Below, piece after piece: positions 13,201 through 23,963 of a stretch of DNA of 42,919 nucleotides; position 1 is the first letter of the stretch; each line of letters begins with the position of its first letter. The stretch comes from Halocafeteria seosinensis (taxonomy: Eukaryota), in contig LVLI01000633.1 in assembly GCA_001687465.1 (NCBI GenBank), forward strand, positions 62,001 to 104,919, written 5' to 3'. The position numbers and the translations under genes are program-made. Below the pieces are notes generated by a model that saw only the letters and a program-made list of their open reading frames with translations, did no database searches and had not been told where the DNA came from.

Positions 13201-14692
13201 GCTTTTCGAACTGGTGTTTTTCTCGGTCCTCGGTGGTATCCTTTTGATCTTTATTTGTATTTGCTGCGGGCCCAACTGGCGAAACAAAGTAAGTTGCTAC
13301 GAGATTGTATAGCGCAAGGTGGCGTAAGTAGATGAACGCGTACGCTCCATGAACTCAGATGGTCGCCAAGACGAAGCGCGGATGTGGGCTAACTCTGTTT
13401 TTTCATCATTCGCAAGCCAAAACAAGCGATAGTGTGAAACTTGGGCGACCGTTTGCTCAGGCCCCTGATGCAAGAACGGGACTTGCTCTGCTGGTCTTGA
13501 ATACGTTCATGGCTGGAACTGGGTTGAGTATATTTGCATTAGCTGTCTATGGTGTCGTCGAGGGACTGATTTCAACCGCGTCTATTCCATTGTTCATTGG
13601 AGGCTCATCCATTTCTGCAATCTCTATGATGGGTATGATCAGCGGGCGTAAACCTGCTTACGGCCCCAGCTGCTGTGCTGCGGTGTTTTACTACATATCA
13701 CTGACTGCCGTCCTGGTGGTCCTTTGGTTTGTTGGATTTACCATCTTTTTCCCGAGTAAGTTTTGAGTTTATTGAGTTCCGTTTGAGCTTTTCTTAATGG
13801 TCATAAACGGTTGGTACGTTGTGCTACAGGTTCCTGGGACATCCATGTAGAGGAGAATATCGACGTGTACACTGACATGTTGCCAAACTCGTTTGATAAA
13901 GACGCCGAGACTCCTAAGCAGGCGGAGCAAATAGCTGAAACACTTAGGGAGAACATAGCGTTGATTATTGGTATCATTGGCTCCCTATTTGTGTTCTATT
14001 CGATCAACCTGGTGCTTCTGACGAAGATTATTTCACTCCGCAATGTTGTTGCCATGAATTACACTTTTATGAACAACGCTTCCTGGGTGATGGGACTTAT
14101 CTGTACTGCGGTCGGTATCAGTTTTGCTGTCTTTCAGGGAACCTTTGCTGGAGAGGAAGCTATCCCCACGATGCTTATTGCAATTGGCCTGTTTGTTACG
14201 GTTACTGGAGTTACTGGCACTTTCGGAGCATTCAAGAAAAGCCGCAAGCTCATATTCTTGAATTTATTACTTACATTCGTCGTAATTTCGATGATGATTG
14301 CTGTGGTTGTACTAGCATTCCTTGAAGGTGCGGATATCGATGCGACAGTCGATAGCATGAGCGAAGACGAGAAGCGCGAGATCAGTAAAGACATGGGATT
14401 TGCGACGTTGAGCGACGAAGAGCTGGAAGAAAACCTGAGATCTAATTTTCGTCGATTCGGAATGGCATTTATTGTCACCACAATCCTATTCAGTGTAATG
14501 TTTGGATCGGGGATACTCTTTGCAAAATATGTAAAGCATTGGAATGAGCACGAGGCACCTAAGGACGAAATGAAGAAACCGAAAATGAGTGTACCGACTG
14601 CTAAGTCACGTAACGGAGCTAAGAACGGCAGGAGTAAAGGCAGAGGCAATAAAGTATCCCAAGATCGGTCCCCTAAAAGCACTCACCAGTGA
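10279..14692 (+). CDS. Leishmanolysin-like M8 peptidase, copy 3, fused to 1 TM plus two tetraspanin-like 4-TM units
   Basis: HELTH (~11575), AHWESR, EFMS; intron positions match copies 1 and 2; C-terminal membrane module clearly homologous to copy 2. In-frame ATGs also at 10261 and 10264. Confidence 0.88.
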
Positions 14693-14970
14693 TAGAAGCG
14701 TTGTTTAACCCTGACTCATGAGGCCAATTCAATTACTCCGTTATCGACTAATGAGATGTATCATGCTGTCGTTCTCTACAGTACATTCTGTGATGCAAGT
14801 GCTCCGACATACTAACACCAAAATACGGTACAGGTCTTTGCTTGGAATTCAACGCTGCAATACATTTACAGTACCATTGTGTTGAGTATCTGCTTATCAC
14901 AGCGAAGGCCATAAAAAATACAACAATAATGGTAGCACGCCCCTCCGGCATGGGTGACCACAGCTTATTA

Positions 14971-14972
<2 letters not shown>

Positions 14973-15004
<32 letters not shown>
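14973..15004. repeat. (GT)n microsatellite
   Basis: Direct dinucleotide run. Confidence 0.95.
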
Positions 15005-15006
<2 letters not shown>

Positions 15007-15167
15007 TAGTATTGCTCCTACAACCGGAAGACGGTAGTATTTGAATTCCATGCCTGCCTCTGTGAACATGCCCAGACCAGACTAGTGAACGTACACCAAC
15101 TACAGTACGCACGGAATTGATTGGTTGTAGGGACGTTCTCTTCCTGTTGTGTCTTGTATGTAGGAAC

Positions 15168-17135
15168 ATGAGGCGGCTTTGTACAGTAGTTGGTCGGTGG
15201 CATTACCACCGCCACCAGTTCCAGCGGAGGCATTGCGCTGCTGGAATGGCTGGGAATTCCCATTCACTCCCACGTCAATACTCGGGTATTGCTACGGAGG
15301 AGGAGGAGGAGGGTGGTGGACAAGGCATGCCGTCCTTATGTGTGGATTTGGGTCGATTGCACCCTCAGGCACACCATGTCATGCGTAGTGTCTTTGAACG
15401 CACTTACTCACAACATGGAGTGCGTCAATTCCAGCTGTACCCCCAACAAACGAGTGAGTGATGGATGAACGAGGGCAGGATTTTCGCCACCACCCCAAAC
15501 TCATTTCGTGTTTGGCTTATTATGGTGGTGCAGATGTTGCGCAAGAATTAGCCGCGTTTCTGGCACACTACCACCGAGAACGCGCAATGTACGTATCCAC
15601 GGCTACAACCACTGACCATGGAATTGGAATTATGGAACTTTTTGTGGGATGCAGCTCCGGAGAAGACAATGGCAACGGCGAACACGTGCATATTTATGTG
15701 CCCATTGGTGTGCACTATGGTAATGAACCAGTGGCTGACCAGGAAGTGGCAAGGCACTTTATGCAGTACGGTAGTCAGCTCCATACGTGTGCGGGGACTA
15801 ACTAAAGTAGCTACAACTTGCTATGGCTTCTGCAGAATCGCTGAAGATACATGGCATTGCTTTCACCGGCACTACGTAAGGGACACCTTGGATTCTGTCT
15901 CGCGGATCTTTAAAGAACAAAACCTTCATAGGAAGTAAGTGCTTTCTGACAGCGTCTGGAAAGAACTACCTAGCCGAGCCTTTGATACATCTTCCTCTAT
16001 CAGAACCGATTTGTGCGTGCATTTTCTGCTTCAAAACCCTGAGGATAGAGTGGTTGGCACCCTCAATGAATATCGACGGAAACAACAAAGCAGCCAAGTG
16101 GAAGGGTTAGGCCAAACTGTAAGAGAAAGTGAAATCATCGAGAGAACAAAGAAGGAGACGAGGGAAATAATGCAAGAGGCTATTCGCGCGTGTTTTGAAG
16201 AGGGTAGGCATGATTCATTCCTACCTCCAAGAGGAACCGGCGTTCTGTCGAGTGTGTTAGGGACTGCGCCGGAAAGCCCCATTAACGTGCTTGATGCACC
16301 AAGTATGGCTACATTCCAACGTGAATTTCCAGGACAGTTTGGCAGTGCTCAGTTTGCAAGTAACCCAATGGAACCAAAAGGAATAATATACTATGCCTCA
16401 ATGGCTGCTGCGGGTACTGGACCTGGCCTTCATTTGATGGTTGCCAGACCACTCCAAAGCCAGGTTCTGTCGAGGATTCGAGACCAACAGAGTATGACCC
16501 AACTTACTCCGGAAGAGACACCTTCACCATACAAGAGTCGTTTTCTAATAGATCCTGAACAATCTCACGAGGAGTATCTTGAAAAATATGAAAAGCTCAT
16601 GGAAACGTTCTCTTTTGATGAAAACCGCCTGCCAGAAGGACTGACACAGAACGAGATAACTGAAGTCCATGAGGCAGTAGAATGGATCCAGGCGTTTTTC
16701 AAGCATGTACATGAGTCGATTTCTGAGTACCATTCTTCAGCCCACTGGCAACACGATCTTAGCACGAGAGTCTCACCTACACTCGAGCAACATGTCGGTG
16801 AGATCGACGAAGAGTCAGCACGCGTTTTGACGGAATATTTGGATGCCGTTGGCACGGAGGTTGAAAGAAGATGTTCTTTGTCGCTTCGGCGGCTCCTAAT
16901 GGAAGATCCTGACACACAGGTTCAATTGGATTCGGCAACTGGCAATCCTTCGACTCTTCAAGAGTGGTCAACGAAATGGCTGACGTCACAAGCTCAGGTC
17001 AACAGCCTGGTTGTAGAAGTTACGCCTCAACAACAGCCAGATAATATCGTTGATTTGGGGCGAGAATATGAGGCCATCATGTCTTGCAAACGACGACAGG
17101 AATTAGCAGACGGCACCTCCCAACGGGTCCCCTAA
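15168..17135 (+). CDS. Hypothetical protein, 4 exons, probable mitochondrial presequence
   Basis: Arg/His-rich, acid-free N-terminus (MRRLCTVVGRWHYHRHQFQRRH). Introns at about 15454-15533, 15766-15836 and 15935-16003 join the pieces in frame to the long terminal ORF. No family recognised. Confidence 0.7.
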
Positions 17136-17259
17136 GCCGAACTGGAAACTTTCATGTTGTGCCGCCAATTGGCAAGACTCCCAGTTTTCAATAGAAGAGT
17201 ATAGCGGATCTCTTTGTACGAGAATATGCTGGAGGTTCATAATCTTGCTGGTAGGGATC

Positions 17260-19212
17260 TCACTCGCTGTCGCTATCAGAATACGGCGTTTCGTTTAACA
17301 AGCGGGAAGACATGCTCGTTTTAGGGGATACCCCAGAGGCGGGTGCGGGCACGGATGAACTTGTTTCGCTGGAATCTCCTACGCGTTGCCGCCCGTACAT
17401 GTCAAGCATCACTTGGGTCGTCAAAATCAGGCACAATGGCCAAACGATCCCTGTAGCCTCCCACGAATCAGGTATGATTAACGGTATAAGTAACGTGCAT
17501 AATCCTGTCAGCGCTCTAAGCGTTAATCGATTCTGTTTTCTCCATCTTCGGACGTTGGTACCTAAACCGCGAAGCGATAGTTGTATTGCACATGATGATA
17601 GACTGGCAAAACACACGCTAAGGCATAACGTCCATCTTAATCTCGTTACAGAGATATCTTTGGCAGTAGGTGACGCAGCAATATTGGCGCGCAGTAGCAC
17701 TGCTGCAATGCATGCACCAACGCTAGTGAACGAACAACCGAGGGAGAAGTTTGCAAAAGTCCACAATACTTCGGTAATATGCTCATTTCCAGTGAAGCCG
17801 GTAACCGGGGAGCCCTGCCAGAGGAGGTTTCGAACAGTTGTAACTATTTAAGTTGGACAGGAACCTAGAGATGAAACATACCTGCTCGAAATCGAAATAC
17901 AAAATCTTGAAGAGAAACCCCATCAACAAAACGCCTGCGATAAATTTCCTGTGGAAACGAATAGAGGTTATGCTTCGGGCACGTCTTCTTTCCCAAAACA
18001 TTTTCTAACGTACCATACTTCCATGTGATAAGAAAAGCGAGGCTGAATAATCCCGGAGAGTACTTGGGTCAACATAACGCTCGCAAATTTTCTCGTCCGT
18101 ACGGCATAGTGGGCAGGAAGTAGAGTCGGCAAATAAATGCTTCCATGCTTTGCAATTATCTCTGTCAGAGCATAGATCACGAAGCTTAGCGTTGCCACGG
18201 TGCACTGAGCCACTTCTGTGTGCGCCACCGCCATTCCGAGAAGCCATAGCAAGGCATTGAGTAAATTTCCCACGCCGTAAACGTAGCACCAGTACTTTGC
18301 TTCTGGAATGAATGATGCTCTTAAAAATTGCATCCCCGAAAGGACTTGAGAGATGATACTCCCAAATGCAAAGACGCGAAAGACGTGGGTGTATCGCGAG
18401 GTAACATCGAAAACGGAGGAGCAAATTTCGTCTCTCCCATCTTCAGTTGGGACACAGTTGCTTCCGTTCACAGCCATAATCACGATTGCAGCCATGTGCC
18501 CGTACAATGCTAGGTTGTAGGAGAACTCCTCTGTTGTGAATCTGTTTGAAAAGAGTACTAGCTGGAAGGCGTGAAACCAAAACTGTGCAAATAACAGGAC
18601 GAAGAGTGCAAACTCGAGAGCTGCAAGCAATATTTTCAAACTAGTGAAGGTCTAATACCGTACTCCAAAAGACTCAATGTAGGACGTACGGCGGTTGCAA
18701 TACGCGTCTTCGGGACACGACAAATACGAGGAGACCAATTCATTGCGAGCAGTGCCCAATGCCATAGCAAAGACAATATCATAGAATACCTCATTGACCG
18801 TGTTATTCTCGGACACTTTTTCCCTTAGTCTCGGCCGTCGAAAGCATTTCATAAAGGTCCGTGTTGTAGCTTTTGTCAATTCCACGGGTTCGTTTCCTAA
18901 GGCCTTTAAATGCTCCCAGAGCTGTAGTCGTCTCTGCTTTCGCTCTTTTCGACGGGATCTCATGTGCTGCCTCCAGGCATCGCCTGACGTACGTGGTGGT
19001 CCCTCATCGTCAACTGTACCGCAAATCTGGTCCTTATCTTGGAGCCTACCATACCAGTCATTTCCTGCTGCTGGCGATGGCGGTGGCGGCGTATCATAAC
19101 CATTTCCCTGCAGACGTTGCTGTTGCCAGTTTTCCCTGGCCTCTTCCTCCTCCTTATCCAACGCCGATCCTGAAGATGACCGCGATGATGCAATGGAATT
19201 CCCGTCCTGCAT
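17260..19212 (-). CDS. Low temperature requirement A (LtrA)-like multipass membrane protein, 4 exons
   Basis: EVFYDIVF resembles LtrA ELFFDLVF; FSNRF; HYAVRTRKFASVML resembles H..ER.GLF.II.LGE; KILYFD; many TM segments. Three GT-AG introns restore one frame. Confidence 0.72.
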
Positions 19213-19661
19213 GCTGAAATGCCGACCAGGAACTGAAATACAAGTGTGTGCATACACGCAGCTCTGGTTCAGCAGATCAAATCAATCTCCTCTCTTGGAT
19301 AGAGTTCGACTCCTTTAAGATACCACACTATTCATCCATTCATTCTTCCATCGCCCGCCGTGTTTGTTTGGATGCCTGCAGTCAGTCTGAGGCAGTCAAG
19401 TGACTTCAACCGACGAAAAGAATGTCGTGTTCATTCAAATGCCTCCCCAGACATACCCAGGGCTGCGAATGCTATAGAATAGAATGGAATTAAAAAAAAA
19501 AAAAAGTAAGTGATGTCAGTCTGTCTGTATAGGTGAGTTCGAAAGGTACACGGTGACACATTCCGTTCATGTTGCTGCGACAACATGATATACCTGGTAT
19601 GTATGGTTGTAGGTGCGTACCACTCTATCTACGCTAAGAGGGAGCTAGTTTAGTTCATGGT

Positions 19662-22109
19662 ATGATGGAGGATTCCCCACGCCAAGCCAACAGGAATCCT
19701 GTTTTCGACGACGCTCCTAGTTCTAGCAGAGGTGAGGAAGAGGTGGAGAACGGTATTGGGCACCAGTCCTACCCCTATTTCTACTCAAACGAAGTGCACA
19801 GCAACAACAACGAGGAGAACCTACCCGTCATGGAGACCTCGGAGGAATTGCTGGAGGAGGACGAGCAATTCCTGCCACAACCACCACAGCCCGTTATGCT
19901 TCCCTCGTCGTCAGTGTTCTATGTCCAAGACGACGACGATGAAGAAGAGGAGGAGCAAACGAGCGTGTTCGAAGATAGCTTTGTGGCGGGTACGCCTTCT
20001 CACCCACATGGTAGTGAAGAGCTAGACGCAGGAAGAGGAGTACACAGTACTAATGGACATTTAGGCTATCCGCGGGAACAACAGCAACACCAGCATCCCG
20101 CTGGAGAAAGAAGTGCAGACGTATCATTCGGATCGGACGATGTTCATGCGTTCCTGGAATTGGAGAGCCAGATACATGCTGCTGTTACAAGCACGGAGAG
20201 GGAGCAACAGGGCGGAAGCGTTGATAACCAAGACGAGAGCTTTGACGAAGCTTACTTTCACCAGGAACATACCAATACAGATACTCCTGGTGAACAGACG
20301 GACGAAGAGGCTCCCCCGGTTTCATCTTTGGTCAAGAGCCTATTTTATCGACACGAGGAGAAACAACCAGCAAAGAAGCCGCCCGAAGGAAGTGTACAGC
20401 CCACCACGAACTCGGATATAAGACCAAACAATGGTAAGCCGCCACTCCAAGCGAAGACGTTTTCTTCGAATACTGTGCCTCATGAAATCCAAGAGCATGA
20501 CGCGGTGGACAATGGTGAGGGACAGCTCACAGTCGCTTCACATGAAAATGATTCTACGGTACCCAGACGGTGTAAAAATTGTGAAAACTTGAAATTTGAG
20601 TACGATAAAGAAATCGGACAAATACGGGCGCATTTGCGGCAGATGCAAGAACAAATGGATAATCATCGGAAAGAAAAAGAATCCTTCGAACAATGGCGCC
20701 GCAAAGTTAAACGGGAAACAGAGCAATGGGTTAAAGAACAAAAAGAAGCAGCCCAAAGAGAGCGGCGGGTAGCATCTAGACAGGCGAAGGCTGAAATGGC
20801 GAATGCCTTGTCCGAGAAAAATAAAAAGGAAAGTCAGCAACTTAGTTCCTTACGGGCTACCCTGGAGAAGACAAAACTCGAGTATGAAGCCACAAAAAAG
20901 CGTTTGAACTCTCAGATTCAAACATTAAAGAACAGTAACCACGAGTTGAAGTCACAAGTGGCCCATCTCGAAGATCAAGTAAAAGCGTATGAATATGAAC
21001 GAGTCGCGCTGTGGAGCAACACCAGCAACGACGGTCGGGTGATGCATCCTGCAACGGAGGAAGTAAGGTCAGTCACTTCGTCGCATTCCCAGGTTAAGGA
21101 ACAAGAGCTCAGAGAAGAGCAGGAACTAGATGATGCATCCAAACCAATGGAAGGAACATCATCCGAGGTATGGGATGGTACAACATCGGCACAACATAAA
21201 GAGGTGCGTTTCCATGACGTATCTGAGGTACCAGCGAAAGTAGCAACAGATGATGAAGAGGTATGGGCTATGGAAGTGCAACATAGCAGTGACGAAGAGG
21301 AAAATGCTGCTTACGGCTGCGGTTTCCAACAGCCTACACTAGTAGAGGAATACGGTGGTCGAGTGGGTGCCGGAAATGGTTCTTACAGGGCGGCCTCGAC
21401 TCATGCTGAGTCTGAGCAAGGAAGCTCAGCGGCAAACGAGTCCGGTTCCAAGTTAACCTGCCCTGTTGTTGCGTGGGACACGGAACCAAGAGCAACCCTT
21501 ACGCGAGAGAACGCTTCGACGCAGTCATGGGAGCATAATGATTCGACGAAAGAAACTGAGCTAGCCGCAACCAATGCGAGTAATGTTGCCATAGACAATC
21601 GACACAAATGGGAAACTACCGATAGGAAGACACGTAATACGGATGTTGGAGAAGTAGCTCGAACAAGGAGCTTCATAGACCCAGGGGATGAGATTGACAG
21701 CATGCATACACTTAGCGATAACAAGGTAGAAACGAAGTTTAAGTCCGGGGCTAGAAGTGTACGCTTTCGGAATGCCACAGAAAAGGAAGTCCTCCCGGAT
21801 GGTCGGCAACTGATACGCTTCTTCAACGGGGATATCCGCAAGGTCTATCCAAAACAGGGATTGGAAATTTATTACTTTGCAGAAGCAGGATCGGTTCATA
21901 CTTCCTATCCGAATGGAACTGAAGTGTATCAATTTAGGAACGGACAAATAGAGCATCATCACAAAGACGGCAGGAAGGAAATTAAGTATCCTAACGGGCC
22001 TACCAAACTTGTATATCCAAACGGTGAAGAACATTCATATTTCACTGATGGTTCTGTATTATACGAATATGCTGATGGGACGAAAGAGCTGCTGAGTGCA
22101 GGTCAATGA
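19662..22109 (+). CDS. CENPJ: Centriole assembly protein SAS-4/CENPJ (CPAP), intronless
   Basis: 815-aa ORF with acidic disordered N-terminus, central coiled coil and C-terminal Tcp10/G-box beta-repeats (PDGRQLIRFFNGDIRKVYP, YYFAEAGSVHTSYPNGTEVYQFRNGQIEHHHKDGRKEIKYPNG). Confidence 0.9.
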   Translation: MMEDSPRQANRNPVFDDAPSSSRGEEEVENGIGHQSYPYFYSNEVHSNNNEENLPVMETSEELLEEDEQFLPQPPQPVMLPSSSVFYVQDDDDEEEEEQTSVFEDSFVAGTPSHPHGSEELDAGRGVHSTNGHLGYPREQQQHQHPAGERSADVSFGSDDVHAFLELESQIHAAVTSTEREQQGGSVDNQDESFDEAYFHQEHTNTDTPGEQTDEEAPPVSSLVKSLFYRHEEKQPAKKPPEGSVQPTTNSDIRPNNGKPPLQAKTFSSNTVPHEIQEHDAVDNGEGQLTVASHENDSTVPRRCKNCENLKFEYDKEIGQIRAHLRQMQEQMDNHRKEKESFEQWRRKVKRETEQWVKEQKEAAQRERRVASRQAKAEMANALSEKNKKESQQLSSLRATLEKTKLEYEATKKRLNSQIQTLKNSNHELKSQVAHLEDQVKAYEYERVALWSNTSNDGRVMHPATEEVRSVTSSHSQVKEQELREEQELDDASKPMEGTSSEVWDGTTSAQHKEVRFHDVSEVPAKVATDDEEVWAMEVQHSSDEEENAAYGCGFQQPTLVEEYGGRVGAGNGSYRAASTHAESEQGSSAANESGSKLTCPVVAWDTEPRATLTRENASTQSWEHNDSTKETELAATNASNVAIDNRHKWETTDRKTRNTDVGEVARTRSFIDPGDEIDSMHTLSDNKVETKFKSGARSVRFRNATEKEVLPDGRQLIRFFNGDIRKVYPKQGLEIYYFAEAGSVHTSYPNGTEVYQFRNGQIEHHHKDGRKEIKYPNGPTKLVYPNGEEHSYFTDGSVLYEYADGTKELLSAGQ

Positions 22110-22257
22110 TACTAATATGCTAGTTTCGCAACATACTTCGTGTTTGCTTCTCTTTCGTCTAACCGGGCAAACGCACGCTTACTGTTTTTTGTTGTTGTTG
22201 GAACCTGTTATGGAAGCATTTTTGCATGCTTATCAGGTATCTTTTTTTCACAGGGGC

Positions 22258-23725
22258 TACACCAAAGATGGGGCCTCATGATTATTTGGTGACCCCCTAT
22301 GAATGTTGGCTATCCCACTAGAGAACTTCCTCGCAGGATTCTCCCTTTGAAAAGCGTTCGCCTCCGGGTCCTTCGGTACTCTGTACGGCTTTTGCTTTAC
22401 GAGTCCGCATGTCAGTATATGTACATCGCATTGGCCAAGTAGTTATGCATGAACCATAGCGCCACACATGTACAATACTCTCGTTACACGCAGCCTGGAT
22501 GAAACGGATGCAGGTATTTGCTAAGCGGGATCCTGGATGCAGGTGACAGTGAAAAGCGCACCTACGGCAGCCAGATATAGTCCTCCATCGATTTCAAGCT
22601 CGGTAATTGTTACTAGGAGTAGCAGAATGCCAGTGTCATAACACACTTGAATAGTAATGTAATACCAGATACTGAGCCGTCGGACTTTTTAACCCAATCG
22701 TACCTGCAATCGGGGTATAAAGCACGGTGGAAAGCTTTTGCAACGTAAAGCTGGATACTAGGCGCCGCTCACGTGATTCTAGTGGTCCCTGGGCTAACGA
22801 ATACTGAGGAAAATACTTCTCCAAAGTGGTTCCTTCCCCTGAAGCGTACATAAAGCTGGAGAAACTGTTCCACTGTTCGTCAGTACTTCCATTGCCCGAA
22901 ACAAAGCGAACCATAAAACGGAGAGAGACAACGTGCTAATCCACGGCTGTTCTACAGCATTGCTCCACTGCATGGAAAGCATAAATGGGACGGTGGTCGT
23001 TCTGCTCCTGCAAATCATGCATAGTCTAACTCAGTTCTTACCGCTGCTACTTTCTGCCGGTCACTTTGGGTTGTGGCTTCCACTACAGAAGCAAAAGATA
23101 TGCAAATTGATATAACCAGTGTGACAGTGGGACCGCCTCGTAGGAACACAAAAGCCTGGAACAGATTTGTAACGCAGTCTCGAGCAATGTTTGCGTTAGT
23201 TTCAGTCGTTGAATGGCCTGAAATTTTGTATGCATCTTCTCCGATGAGCAGATTAATACATTATTCTTGAGTGGCTTACAGTAAGCCCTTGCATAAGCAA
23301 AGTATTCTGCAGTATGAAGGTAGCCTTCGGCTTGCACTCCTTGACGACGAAGTAGTACGTATCCGGAATCACAGACAATCCAAGGAGATGCAAGAAGACC
23401 GGAACTCGTCTGCGGTCCTCCCACAAAGAATAACAGGTATAGGCGGCGGCCCAAATAAGTCCTGCACGGCAAAACAATTAGCACACCCGGGACGCGCTGG
23501 TGACTAATGTTGGAATGCCTACCCTCTAAAGATATCCAGTATGCAGTCCCGTCTTGGTTTATCGCCAGTTGCGATATGACCTGCATCAGAGAAATCATCT
23601 GTTGGGAGTGTCCATTCCGCATACGACTCTCAGTGAAGACGCACTGCCACATCTAGCGCAAAATCGGCCCCTGTCATGGTGCAAGTAATAACTGCAAGGA
23701 CTTTCTGGACTAGAGTCGTACGCAT
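22258..23725 (-). pseudogene. Degenerate XK-related membrane protein paralog (XK domain only)
   Basis: Exon-by-exon similarity to the 3' half of the 23964-27550 gene (ADFALDVA/ADFALDIA, VISQLA, LKLTQTLLET, TTQSDRQK, HFGEVFSS..SPGTTRI). It has a 1-nt deletion near 23165, an internal deletion near 22850 and further frameshifts near the end. 3' boundary approximate. Confidence 0.75.
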
Positions 23726-23963
23726 TAGTGTCTAACCTTGCTTGCTTCGCAACGTCGTTAATTACTTTCCTGCGAAGCCGCTATACTCTTGTCAGTGTAA
23801 TTGTGATGATCCACCGCAATATTGTATGTATATATACAACGTGCAACGGTAATAAATAAGGGAGGGTGTATTAGCACAGAACTAGATCGAAGGAAACTGA
23901 AGGCTTTCCGAGTCATGCTCATGGCTTTCGGGGAAGGTGGTTGCTAGACGAGCTACAACAGCA

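Noticed and set aside
14134..14682. 182-aa antisense ORF, and similar shadow ORFs over CENPJ, GT2 and AdoMetDC
   Set aside because: Antisense shadows of well-supported genes
15935..15952. Apparent 18-nt intron GTAAGT...CTGACAG
   Set aside because: An in-frame acceptor at 16003 gives a 69-nt intron that fits the local size range
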